A DNA stretch of 64,000 nt, taken from the NCBI GenBank assembly GCA_000091205.1, contig AP006487.2; one strand, written 5' to 3'. Shown piece after piece: positions 22,685 to 34,842 of the stretch. How positions within the stretch are numbered: position 1 is the first letter of the stretch; each line of letters starts with the position of its first letter. This stretch comes from Cyanidioschyzon merolae (lineage: Eukaryota). The notes beneath the pieces are model-generated. The model did not search any database. It was not told the DNA's origin and saw only the letters and a program-made list of their open reading frames with translations. A program made the translations under genes and the position numbers.

Positions 22685-23828
22685 CATCATTGGTGGGCGT
22701 TATCGGCAACCGCACGCTTTCCCTCTCTCTCCGTCTCTCTCGCGCGCTCTCTCTCTCGCTCGCTCTGATCTCCGGCTTCAATGGCGCAGATGGCTCTATT
22801 CCATATCGAGTCGTTGTCAGCGGTCGAAGGACGTTGAGGGCAGCTCGTAACTGCCGATTTCGCCGCACCCAGCTGTTGTCGACGCATTCAAACTGCAGGC
22901 GGACGCTGCGGACCAGGAAGCTCATTCGTAAACAGCCTCGACACGCCTTTTGCACCGTAGACGCTTGGCTACGGTCACGTGTTCCCATGCGTTCACCGCA
23001 CACCCGCATCCAACTCCTCGTCTGGCTCCTGCGTTGCCTCCGCCTCCTCCGCCTTCCAGCGTCATCCAGTGGTGCCTGAACGCATGCTTCATCGCTCGAT
23101 ACATGACGCTGACCAGTTACCGACGTCTACCACGAATGTCATGCTTCATTATCGCGCTCGATGGCATACCCGACGAATCACGAGCATCTTCGGGGTGATC
23201 CGCTCCGCTCGTTTCTTGTGAGATGCAAGCGCAAGCACGCGCTGTTGTATTCGATAGAGGATTTGCAAAGCGCGATCTTGTCAATGGTAAAACAAGTACA
23301 ACAAGCGAAATCCAGGCTGGAAAAGGCGTAGAAAAACGTTGACTGCAATCGATGATTCGCATTGCCGAGTTCAGCGCTATCTCAGCATTGCTATGTGATC
23401 AAGTCATCCAGGGAAGATCTCGGGTGTTTGCTCTCGTCCATCCAGCGGCGCGAATCGCTGTGCCCACAAATCCCCTTGAACCTGATTGGTAGAAAACCTG
23501 ATGCATGCAAAGTCTGCGCATACTCTATCTGTTTGACACGGAAAAGCATGCAGATTGCTACCCAGGACCTGGACCATGAAACCGGTTGGTTTACGAATCC
23601 TCGTTCGAGGGCGTCGCCATGCATCGGTCTTGCGGTGCCGCAACGATTTCCAGTGGCACAGCGCCCAGAGCGCCACGCCCAGGAGACAAGCGAGAATCCC
23701 AAGAATTCGGACGAATCTGTAAGACCCCATTGCTACACTTCGGTTATCGAAGCTGTACACCTGAACAGCATTCCGATAAAAATCTCAAGCCAGGACTAGA
23801 GCCAGCAGTCCAGTGTCCCATGTTCATC
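22685..23828. repeat. dispersed composite repeat, locus R2 (module B directly joined to module A)
   Basis: B is about 22700-23330 (matching 16650-17275). A is about 23345-23828 (matching 26816-27298 and 37466-37948). Confidence 0.85.
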
Positions 23829-24085
23829 GGACATAGGTATCGAAACAGACAATGTTCACTTCAAGGGTATCCTGATGTCTGCCCCTGCAATGCCTGAAAA
23901 ATCTCACTTGACGACACATCGACACGTCATGCACCATTCGAATGGTGGCGAATGACCAAAACGCGGCTGCAGAGCATCGCGCTCCATCCGGTCGCATCGC
24001 CGATACGCGCTGCGAATCCAGTACCGAAGCGTCCGAAACATGCCGAGGTAGACTCGTCATCGCTTGCGTCGACAACAAGGAACGC

Positions 24086-24952
24086 TCAGATCCGAAGGTC
24101 TCGGAGTCGGTCTAATCGTTGCATGAGATCGAGCTCCTCGGCCATGGCGCTCTGTGGCCCCGGATACGATCGCTCTTGCAGGCGATCCGCGAAAACATCC
24201 GTCCGAGCCGCAATCTCTGCACCATTCTCGCTATCAAAGAGATCCATGGAAGGTTCCCATTGTAACTCATAGTGCTCGGCTATGCGCTTCATTTCCCGTA
24301 CAATAACCTCTCTGGGGGGAATCCTCCATTCCAATAACCCAATCAGATTCAAATTTACACCGCTCGCATGCGGACGCTCAAAAATGAACAACGCGAAATC
24401 GGGGCCCCCAAACAGCCTCACGAATATGTGACCGACTTCATCGAGCTCCGTCACTGTGCCGGTTAGCGGCCCAGTGGCGGCGTCAGGAGGGGCAATGCGC
24501 GTTCCCGCGAACGAGTAACAGGCATAGATGATACTGTTGACGGCTTCTCGAATCTCGAGCGGAATTGGCACGACACTTTTCCGGGGATCTCGCTCATAAA
24601 TCCGAAAACATTGCTCAATCAAGTTGAAGCGGGCCTGCAAAAGCTCCGTGAAGAGCAAGAGCAAGTGCAGCGCCTCCTCGAGCTCCAGCTGGTGGTAGAG
24701 GTGCTCCACACGAACGCGCGCCAGTTCGGCACGCCCTGCTTGCCGCGCACCGGCCGATGCGAACGCAGCACCGTTGAGCTCGCTCTCGGGTGCCAGGAGT
24801 GCAGCAACTTCCCTTTCGGCAGTGATTATGCTTTGACGCAACCGGTTTTTGCGCAGAGCTAGGCGCGCGCGTGCCCCTTGCAAGAGTAAACGCGCCCGTG
24901 CAGGTGAAAACTGGCGAGACCGGTTCTCAAAAAGCCGCGTTATTCGCTTCAT
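24086..24952 (-). CDS. IST1: IST1 homologue (ESCRT-III-like, Vps4 regulator)
   Basis: 'MKRITRLF...RARLLLQGARARLALRKNRL...ELARVRVEHLYHQLELEEALHLLLLFTELLQARFNLIEQ' is collinear with the IST1 N-terminal domain. The C-terminus 'EELDLMQRLDRLRDL' fits a MIM1-type motif. The ATG at 24952 was verified; the ORF track extends upstream to 25417 through a CAG/CTG repeat, and I take that extension as non-coding leader. Confidence 0.8.
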   Translation of the reverse strand: MKRITRLFENRSRQFSPARARLLLQGARARLALRKNRLRQSIITAEREVAALLAPESELNGAAFASAGARQAGRAELARVRVEHLYHQLELEEALHLLLLFTELLQARFNLIEQCFRIYERDPRKSVVPIPLEIREAVNSIIYACYSFAGTRIAPPDAATGPLTGTVTELDEVGHIFVRLFGGPDFALFIFERPHASGVNLNLIGLLEWRIPPREVIVREMKRIAEHYELQWEPSMDLFDSENGAEIAARTDVFADRLQERSYPGPQSAMAEELDLMQRLDRLRDLRI

Positions 24953-25264
24953 GTCGTACAAGTCCGGGCACAGCGCGCGTTCGGTCGAGGGCGTCGTCAA
25001 GGCCGGCTTTCGCGGAAAGTAACCTGCGAGGTGTCCCGCCCGTCCCAGACGTTTAACGCACAAGGCGTCTGGAACGCTCAACGGAATACCAGTAAAGTCG
25101 AGTGCGACTCGGCGGAGACCCACGAGACTCGGTTCCAACCCTGGTAGCCGCGGAAGCGTAGTGCAGCGTGCGTTCCGGCGCGCGAAGGCCAGGTTATCGG
25201 CGCACCGTGTCCACTGAGTGTACAGGACAGCACCGCACCGTTTCATGAACGATCGATCGATTGA

Positions 25265-25320
25265 TCGGCAGCAGCGGCAGCAGCAGCAGCGGCAGCAGCG
25301 GCAGCAGCGGCACGTCCCTG
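25265..25320. repeat. (CAG/CGG)n trinucleotide repeat
   Basis: 'cagcagcggcagcagcagcagcggcagcagcggcagcagcgg', about 315 bp upstream of the IST1 start on the transcribed strand. Confidence 0.85.
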
Positions 25321-26589
25321 GAAGTCGTCGATTGCTGCGGCGGATTGCGCGGGCGCGATGCATTCGCGGTGGCGTTTTTCTCCAGTTGATGGTGTTCCAG
25401 CTGCAGATGCGTGCCACTGCATGTGCTTTTTTGCGATCTATAGCAGACGCGGTCGAATTGGATTCACTTGAAGGATTTAAAACATCTAGGAGAATGGTAT
25501 GGGCGTAAAAGTGGAGGATTTTGGAGCGTCGCCATCGCTCGGTTCTGCAAAGAAACGGGAACGATCCTCCTCTGACTGACGATCGTGCGACGAAGACGAA
25601 GAAGAACAGGGCAGAGTAGGCGAGAAAGTGTGTTTGCCTAACGAGATCATCACGGAACTGTAGTGGCAGAGAGGACGCAAGATCGAGGAATCATCGCAGT
25701 GGTGCGTTCAGCTTGCTGCGGAGCACATAGAGAACTCGTGAAGCGAGACTTCAACGCCGCCGTCGATACCAGAAAAGGTGCGGTACCGCAGACGAGAGAC
25801 GCGAGCGATGTGACGCGGGCGAAGGTTGCGGGCCAGCCTCACAGCATCGGCGTGTACGGGGTTAAGCTGAAGCCGATAGCAGGCGGCTGGTCAAAACAAG
25901 CAGGGAGGCGTCTGAGCGTAGGAATGTAAATATCATTCACGGTCGAGGGACATTTTTTGTTTTCCTGACCCTCTCCAGGATACAATGAAGCATGTTGCCT
26001 GACCAGGGCGTAAACGCTCAAGTTCGGGCTCTTTTTTAACGATCTTGAATACTTGCGTTCGCGGGCCTGTCTGTAACCGCTTCCTTTGCCTGTCTCTCGG
26101 ATTTCCGGCTTTCAATATGCGAGTCCTTTGTTTTCCTGTGGATCCGTTGTAATCAAAAGAAGGACGTTTATGGCAGTTTGAAGGCCCCGATTCTGAAGTT
26201 CCAGGCTGTTCTCGACACCGCTAATGCACAACTGGAGGTTGCGATCAACGCTTTCGTTGTGTTCTTGCGATCTTCTTTGGATAGAACTGCGGTGTGCTCG
26301 TCGCAGCGGTGAGAGTTGCCTGTCATCAGATGTTCGCATGCGCCCAACAAATTCCCTCGTCCGAGCGATTCCCCTCTGTCGTGGAAACGCTTGCTTCAGC
26401 GCTCGATGCATTGCCTCAACGGATACGGAAAGCGCGACTCGATGCTTTGCTGCGGTGAAGCCTCTGGGCGATGCCCGCGGCGAGTACCCTCGTTGCGGCA
26501 CGGCGCACGCGCACGCTGTTCCATAAGGCAGAGAATTTCGTGGAATGCACAATGTCGTCCATGATGAACCAAGTATCCGACGGGAAGTG

Positions 26590-27298
26590 AAGGCCTGGGT
26601 AGACTTGGAAAAATTTCGGTTCCTGTACGCTACCTCCATGCGAAGCAGTCGATATGATGAATCAGGTCAGAGTCCGATGCCCTTTTCCATGCTAAATGAA
26701 GCGATGGGAGCCGCTGGTACCGCATCAAAAGAGAGCTATGATGGTGATGGTGATGCTGTAGAATGGCGTCTTGTCGATGAACACATATAGGGGGAAAAAG
26801 GCTGGCCTTTCGGACGCAATCGATGATTCGCATTGCCGAGTTCAGCGCTATCTCAGCATTGCTATGTGATCAAGTCATCCAGGGAAGATCTCGGGTGTAT
26901 GCTCTCGTCCATCCAGCGGCGCGAATCGCTGTACCCACAAATCCTCTTCAACCTGATTGGTAGAAAACCTGATGCATGCAAAGTCTGCGCATACCCTGTC
27001 TGTTTGACACGGAAAAGCATGCAGATTGCTACCCAGGACCTGGACCATGAAACCGGTTGGTTTACGAAACCTCGTTCGAGGGCGTCGCCATGCATCGGTC
27101 TTGCGGTGCCGCAACGATTTCCAGTGGCACAGCGCCCAGAGCGCCACGCCCAGGAGACAAGCGAGAATCCCAAGAATTCGGACGAATCCGTAAGACCCCA
27201 TTGCTACACTTCGGTTATCGAAGCTGTACACCTGAACAGCATTCCGATAAAAATGTCAAGCCAGGACTAGAGCCAGCAGTCCAGTGTCCCGTGTTCAT
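26590..27298. repeat. dispersed composite repeat, locus R3 (module C plus module A)
   Basis: module C is about 26590-26815 and module A is 26816-27298. Confidence 0.85.
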
Positions 27299-28194
27299 TC
27301 TGACCCAGCGGTAGTACCTGATGCGTCGATTATTCGCGTCATGCGGTCGAGAATTCTCGAGCGACCACTCAGCCATGCAGCTGCGAGCGCGCTGACATAG
27401 CGTAGGCGCTCAGAAGCGGCGTCCTTGAATAACCTATCGGATGGTGCGCCCGCTGAACACCGTGCTCTATCAACGCGGTGCTGGGAGCGTTCAGACTACC
27501 CCAGGAACATCCAGTGTCGATATCGGAGCTCAATGCGGAGCTCGAATACGCGACTGGCGCTGGCCGTGTACTAGGAATATAACCCACTCACAATGAGCAT
27601 AAACGTATCATCTCAACCTACAAGAGAAAGAGACTATCTGTCAAGCAGCTTTTCGAAACTCCCCTCGAGTTTCTCAGACACGACGAGCAGCACGGCGGCA
27701 CGATGCAGCAGCATTAGATAGCAGACGTGCAGCTGGAGCACGGCGTCGTACCGAACCCGGCGCCGCACTGCGCACTTTCCAGCACCTCCGAGCCAACACC
27801 GTATGCTGACCCAAGGATACGAGAACGCTGCTCCATCTCCTTGCAGCGTCCGGAGCGGCGCTACATACGTCATGCTGGGCGATCGTCGCAGGCAAGCGGT
27901 ACGCCATAGGATCGTACGAACCAAGCATGATCTCTTCCAAAAGAAAGTATCGTTCGATCTGATCAATAGTGCTAGCTGGTAGAGCTTGGATGGATGGTGC
28001 GGTATCATACGCACGACTCTAGATACCGATATGCATCGCGTTATCGATCATTCTCTGTGGGCAAAGGCAACGATCCGTCGATGAAAAGATATCATCGGTC
28101 GCATCCTCGAGCCGACGCCCGCTGTGTGTGGCACGACAACGCCGCTCTGTCTCTGTGAAGCGACCGCATCGGCGCTATAGGTGCCATTGCTGTC

Positions 28195-28270
28195 GCTTTC
28201 GGGAGGCACTAGGCACACACGATAGGACGCACGAAACGACCAGTATATTCGAGAAGAAGTATAGGTCATG
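28195..28270 (-). repeat. third, partial copy of the conserved block-1 motif that marks the left module of the Fanzor-like elements
   Basis: The reverse complement 'ccaagttacatgacctatacttcttctcgaatatactggtcgtttcgtgcgtcctatcgtgtg' is about 80% identical over about 75 nt to 56760-56835 and 39285-39360. Confidence 0.7.
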
Positions 28271-28530
28271 TAACTTGGAAGTAGGGCGTCTGATAGATAC
28301 CTCACCGCGCACTGAAAAAAAAAGAAAGAAGAGCAAAATGCGCATAATCGGAGAACGCTGGCCGAACTTCAAGTTCTGTGAATGAAGAAATAAAAATCGA
28401 ACGCTGTCGAGGCGCCAGAGCGGCAATCCCCACAGGCGCGACGCAGACTCGCGTCTGCACGAGTACGACGGCCCAACAGCGCTAGTCTGCCGCTGTGTGC
28501 GTGATTGGGCACTACGAGCCCTGGCACCAC

Positions 28531-31500
28531 ATGTCACAGGCCCTGATAGAGAGACGGTACAGTCGTCTCACTAGAGCGATAGAATCGGCTCGTGTGCTTG
28601 GCACACGCTCTGAAGACCTACTCGGCGCTGAGCTACTGCCTCTGGAGCCGAGCCTTGGCTCGCCGTTGGCTCGGGGTAGGCCGCGTGATCGGCAGCTTGC
28701 CGAGCAGCTTCGGAATGGCACCGCTATTCTGACCATAGGTGAGGGAGCTGTTGCCCGGCGGATACCTCTTGAGATCGGTCGACTGGCAGTTGCGGTTTCG
28801 GATAGGATCGGGATCGGCGAGGCGGAGGCCGCGGAGCTCGTACTCAGTTGGGCGGACGAACTCGTCACCGTTTCCGTCGGTGGTGTTCGGGAAGCGGTAA
28901 CCGGAACCGACCCCGCACTGGTCTCTTATATTGAGGAACAGTATCTGCGGGAGCGTTGGGCGCTTCTGCAGGCGCTCTGGCTTATTCTGGCGACGCCTTT
29001 TCTGGACCCGCAGACTGGTACCGCTGTCGCTGCTCGGCCGCAGCGAAACGGGACCCGCACAGCCGAGCGACAGCCAGCGTCACAGCTTCCGTGGACGCAG
29101 ATCGAATGTCTTCTGCAGACGAGGCGGCGACTCGTTTCGGACTACAAACTGGTATCGAAACTGCTGGAGCGCCTGGAGACGCCGGAAAGTCTCTTCCCTG
29201 GGGAGCGGCGCGCACTCGCCCAGTGCCTCTTCACGCTCGCCTACAGCATCCAGTTCACTGCCGCGGATGCAATGTCGCTGACAAACCTATTCAAACGTTT
29301 TGTGCTTTCGATCGGCAGCGGAATCAGTGGTAATGACTCCAAAGCACAGATCACTCGTGGACCTCTACAGGGCTGCGGCCTCTTCGAAGCGATCGATGTG
29401 CTGATGCTCATGTCGTTGAGCTTGCGAGGCGTGCTGGATCCGACGCGCTACCATCCCTTGGAAGACTTGAATCATGAGCGTGCTGCATCTGGGCTCTTCT
29501 CCGCGAATAAGCTCCTAGAAGACGAGGCTTTCGTCACGGATTTGGTCCATTGCTTGGAGAACTGGTACGTGGACCTAGCGGACGCGTCAGCGGATTCGAC
29601 GTGGATGCATCGAACGGCACTGGCTGCGGAAGCGTCAGGCACGAAACAGGCGCCGAGCGGAGCAGTAGCGCACAGCGAGTCGGTGACGACGTGGCAGCGG
29701 CACGCTGCGAATCTGGTGCACCTGCTGGAGCCAGTTCCACTCGTTGGAGCGCTGTTCCTGATCGGGACTCCAGAGGCAGGTAAGAACGCCGTGCTGGTTC
29801 AAAAATACCTTGAGATGGCTTATCAGAGCCTCCAGCGCGGTGCGCTAACAGCCATCCTTGAACACTGGGTACCATGGCTCGACCAGCAGCCTGGCTTGAA
29901 CGGGGATGCACTTCGTCGACCCGGTGTCGGTGCGCTTGCGCCCCTTACCGTGGATCTGTTTGCAGACCTGGTGATGGACTTGGGCGCTGCAGGGCTCGTC
30001 ACGCGCGTCTTCGAAACCGCTGCACGAGCGATGGCCGACGTGGACCTGTGGGACAAGTCCGTTATTCCCAGGCACGGCAGCAGGCACGAACTGGACCCGC
30101 GACTCCAAGCGCCCGCGGATACCGCAGCTGCCACACACCGCGGACTTGAAACCGCCCTATGTGCTCAGATCGTACAAGTACTGGCAGCAGGGGCACGACT
30201 AGCGCCCGCAAATGCGTATCGGTTCGTCACGGAACCCATGGGTGAGTTTCAGGTGGACCTCATCCGCATCGTAGGCGATGCCTGTTTGGAACTCGTCGAG
30301 CTGCTCTACGCGCGAATCACCGGTGAGGACCTGCTGGTGGCTGCGGGTGACCAGGGCTCCCTCACCATACTCGATGAGCGCATAGCATCGGTCTCGTTTC
30401 CGATGATCACAGCGTTTCTGGAGTTGTTGCGTTATACAGCCGTATGCGCTGAGCCAGTCTGGGATTTCCTCGAGAACGGCGGTCATCCAGTGGCGAGTTA
30501 TGCGTACCTGATGCACGGTCTAGATGCCATGGCGAATCGGTGGGCGGTACCCGCGGGCACCTTCTCGCTGCCGCAACTTCGCCATGCAGCGGTCCTCGCT
30601 GGACTCATTCGCATCTTGACGGTGCTTACGGAAGTATCCCCGGAGATTGCTACATTACTGCGGTCAGAGGGTGCGCTCGTTGAGCACTGCATTCGCCTCA
30701 TAAGCGACCGACTGCCGACCGTAGTGCAACGTGCTGCAGCGGAGTGGCTCGTTCAACTAGGCGAGCGGGGCCCTGCTGCCGCCACACTGCAGCTCCAGCG
30801 GGCACTACAACAGCAGGGCATCTTCCAGACGTCGTTCGCCGTGCTTCAGGAGGCGTTTTGGAGAGCACGCGAGACCGGAGATTGCGGGTTTCTGACTAGT
30901 CTGCTGCGACTAGCAGCACTTGGTGTGGCCTCTGATGCTTCCGCTTGTGCGCGATACGCCATTACCCAGATCCTGGGTATCTGGGATCGCTTCGTTGCGT
31001 TTGATTTTACCGACGGATGGGCGCTCACTGCAGCGCTCATGGAGCTGGTGCACACCGTACTGGACGTTGAACGTCACTCGGAGCAAAACGTACCCGCTGC
31101 TGCTGGTGCTGGTGCTGGTGCTGGTGCTGCTCCTGAATCGATTTGGGCATTGCTGCAGAGGCCCAGTGAAGTGACCGGTGCGGCATCATCGGCTTCGCGG
31201 ACAATGTTCGCGATTGCAGCACGTGCCTGTCTTGTACTCCGCGACGACTGGTGGTGCCCATCAACAGCCCAGGAGGCGGCTGTCTGCGCACTGCGCGTCC
31301 TCTGCAGACTCGTTGCTGAAGAGCCGGTACCGAGCTCCGCGGTGACGGCTTCACGGCGAGCGATCGATGCTGGCCAGCAAGTCGCTGCTCTGTTGGCCCA
31401 ATGCACCGAACAGACGCTGGTCCTCTGTAGCGTCATCCATGCCTCGCTTTCGGGCAATGATCTGGTGATTGCCGCAGCGACACTGCTAACGATGCTCTGT

Positions 31501-32653
31501 AGACACGCGCCAGCAGTGGCAACGACACTTGCCGATCACAGTCTGTTTTCGCGTCAGTGTGCGCAGATACTGCTCTCGAGTACAGATGATCGCCTCTTGC
31601 GCGCTGTCGGTGAACTCCTGAGCAGTTGTGTGTACGCGGGCGCGCAGTCGTCAACTTGGCCGAGGCCGAGTTTCCTGCCATTCGGCCCGCGTGTCCATCC
31701 CGCTGGACGACGACTAGTCGGCATTGGGCCGTATCACGTGCGAGTCGGAGCACCGTTTATGGCGGTGTTACAACGCCTCTGGCAACTGGTGGAATGGCCG
31801 GTAGCCGCAGTTGCAACGCCTTTATTCCAGCTGCTGCAGAGCTTGCTCTCCGCTCCCGAACTGGTGATGCAGTTGGCGCCAGAGCTACTCCCTCGTAGTG
31901 AAATAAGCCGGCGGTCGATCCTGACCCTGTGGTTGCGCGTGCTGTGCGAGACGCAAGTTCCGCAGATGGATCGCGTGCAGCAACAAGAACACGAGATGCA
32001 GCAGTTGCAGCTCATGACCTCTGTGCTGGAGGTTGTCGGACTTGCGCTGCACTGTGCTGGCCCAGAGTCTAGTCTGAGCGACATCGCTGGACCTGAGGCA
32101 ATGCCAGGCATTCTGCGAAGCCTGGCTCGGGATCTGTTGGGACTGTTTGCGACCCCGTTGCTCAAGCGAATCTGTGCATTCAGCAACGCAGGTGTATCGG
32201 CACACGTGGTGCATCAGGCACTTGGCGCCTGGCACAAAGCGATTGCTGCGAGTTTCGAACACTGGCTCTCCTGGGACTCGGACACGCGCTCGGAAACGCA
32301 TACGGATGTGGCGGCAACGTTCGTCGGGATTAGTTTGACGCTGGAAGAGGCGCTGAGTGGCCTCCAGCCTCCGAAAGCAGCAGCATCGACGTTCACTGAG
32401 CCTCTGTCGACGACACCGGTGTTGGACGCGAACGCTGCTGCTGCGCTGGTCACGATTTGTCGCTCCTGTCGCACCTTTTGGTACCAGGTGATGGCAAGCG
32501 ACGCTTTAGCGACCACGAAGGACGCGGAAATGACCGCAGCGCGGCATCCGCAAACCGACGGAACGGGCGCGAGTGGCGCTGCGGTCGCTGCTGATGAAGC
32601 GCTCCATCGTATGGCGAGCGTTGCAGTTGCGATTGCAGGTGCAGTTGCACCAC

Positions 32654-32688
<35 letters not shown>

Positions 32689-34623
32689 CAGCAAAACACT
32701 CCAACCGAGACGCGACGATCCCTCTACGCTGCGCAGTGCGCCCTGATCGAGATGCTCGTACCGCTACCGCTTACGCTGAACGCAATGGATGCACCGGTTC
32801 ACCTCTCGAAATGGAACTGCCAACCGGAACATCGCGTGAACAAAATCACTGGACAGCTCGTGAGGTATTTCCAAGCATCCACGACATCGCTTGCCCGCTT
32901 CGAGCAACAAACAGCCGTATGGATCACCGACGCGAGCGCCGATGGCGAAGCAGCGCTTCGTGCAATCGCACTAGCGACCTTGACCTATGCACTACAGATG
33001 AGCACTGCGGTCGCGGTACAGGTTGCAGGTGAGGCGGTACCCGCGATATCGACACCAGGCGAGCGTGTGCTTGCCAACAGGGACGCAAGCTCATCTTCAC
33101 ATCGACATCCACAGGTGCAGGTGCAGGCGAATCGATTCGCCCACATGATGATGATTGGACAGGCGAGTGCGATGGCGCGACTCGGACTCTGTGCAGCTGC
33201 ACTCGGTGAGGATGCGGTGATTGGGCACGAGGGTTCAAGTGTGACACATGTGTCGCTTGCCGTCCGCAACCTTTATCTGTTTGAACAGCATTTGTCGCTT
33301 TTTGTGCAACTGGCAGTGAGCGCTGCGAGGCAGGGCACCACGATCCGCCTGTTGCCGAGTTTGCTGGAGGCACTGCACGCTTGGGTGAGGCAGGGTGTCG
33401 ACTCAGGGGCGTTGCTGTTTCCAGTGGGGGTTTCTTTGGCGCAGCGATCCGGCAACATATCGCCGCTTCTCCAACGACGAGCGGTGCTGGTGCGTCGCCT
33501 CATTATGTTCGCTGCGCTTCTCGCGCTTCAGCTACCGTCTGGTGTTGCGACTGCGGCGCCGTCGTGGCGAGCGCTTGTCGAGATCGCGCTCCAACTGGGT
33601 AGCCTCTGGTTAGCGAGCCGATCCCTGATGCATACCGAGCATGCGCTGACGACGCTCCAGATCGGTATCTGGTATGGGCGTTTGCTGTGTGCGCTTCCCG
33701 CAGCGCTCTACGCGGAGCAGTCGGCCCTGGAGGCCATGCGTCACTCGTTTGTGCTCCAGTGTGTCGAGCTGCTTCCGCACCAAGCAGGTGCGGTGCATGA
33801 ACCCGACACTGCGACTCGTGGCGACGTAGCAGGCATCGCAGGCGCGGTGACGGTAGGCACAGCGCCCTGGGATGCAACCCGGTCTGCCGCCGATGCCGTG
33901 CTGACCACGTCGTTGCCGCGCTGGCATCGAAACTGCGAGCACCCCGAGTCGCCTGCGGGTACCCCACAGGCCCTGAATGGATCGCATGCGGCGCCAGGGC
34001 CGAACGATAACCGCATCCAGTCGTTCCTGCTGTGTCGTCTCGAGCTTTTACGCATCATGCTTGAACTGAATATGCACGAGAAGGTGCCCGGAGTCAGCGG
34101 TTGGAGCGATCCGGTACCCGGAGGCGACCCCATTCGTACCAGCCCACTGGCGCAGTTCATTGCCGGCAGTGCTGGCAGCACAGCGCTTCCCGCACCTCCA
34201 CGGATACGTGCCGAGCATCTATCGCTGGGACTTTTGCGGCTCGCCAGCGAATGCATCACTGCGGAACGCGCTCAGCGCGGGGCTAGTCATCGAAATGCGG
34301 CTGCGGGACCGCGCTGGGCGCTGGAGCGCCAGCAGCAACTAGAAGCGATGCGCTACCGCGAGGTGCTCGAGCGAACGCTCTGGTTCCTGTTAGCGATTTT
34401 TGAGCCGTCACCTGCAGGCGTTGCAGTACCATGGCAGGTTGCCTCGCAGCGAACACGTCACTGGATAGACTGGCTGTACCAGGAACTGGAAACGCATCGA
34501 GATGATGCACGTTGGTTACTTCGGCGACTGCTGGCGCGACGACTGCGCCAGTGGATCCCCGGTGCTCCCGCTCCGACGGTGCGTTCGGCAGGGACGCGCT
34601 CGCCACCGGTCGTTAGAGCATGA
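28531..34623 (+). CDS. large (about 2030 aa) alpha-helical protein of unknown family with poly-Ala and (GA)n tracts
   Basis: This single uninterrupted ORF of more than 6 kb has Leu/Ala-rich helical composition throughout. The first ATG in frame is at 28531 (the ORF track begins at a GTG at 28495). No catalytic motif was recognised. Confidence 0.6.
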
Positions 34624-34842
34624 GGGAGACCGATTTTCACAGGTTTCTGTTCTCTCTGGCAGCGGCCGTAGCAGCAGCAACAACAACAGCAGCAGCGTAT
34701 GAAGGCAGGCGGTGCGGCAAGCGGTGCGTATCTGCGATAACGCGACTGTGGGGCGCGAGCACAGACCACCCCCGAGCGTGTCGCCCCAGGTCGGCGTCGA
34801 GCGAGCGCATGTCGATACCGCTTCCATCCGTACCACGAGTTT

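Noticed and set aside
23345-27298. Two direct copies of module A (23345-23828 and 26816-27298) as LTRs of an LTR retrotransposon
   Set aside because: The interval between them contains the conserved host gene IST1 and no gag/pol-like ORF. The same module also occurs with different partners (B or C) elsewhere.
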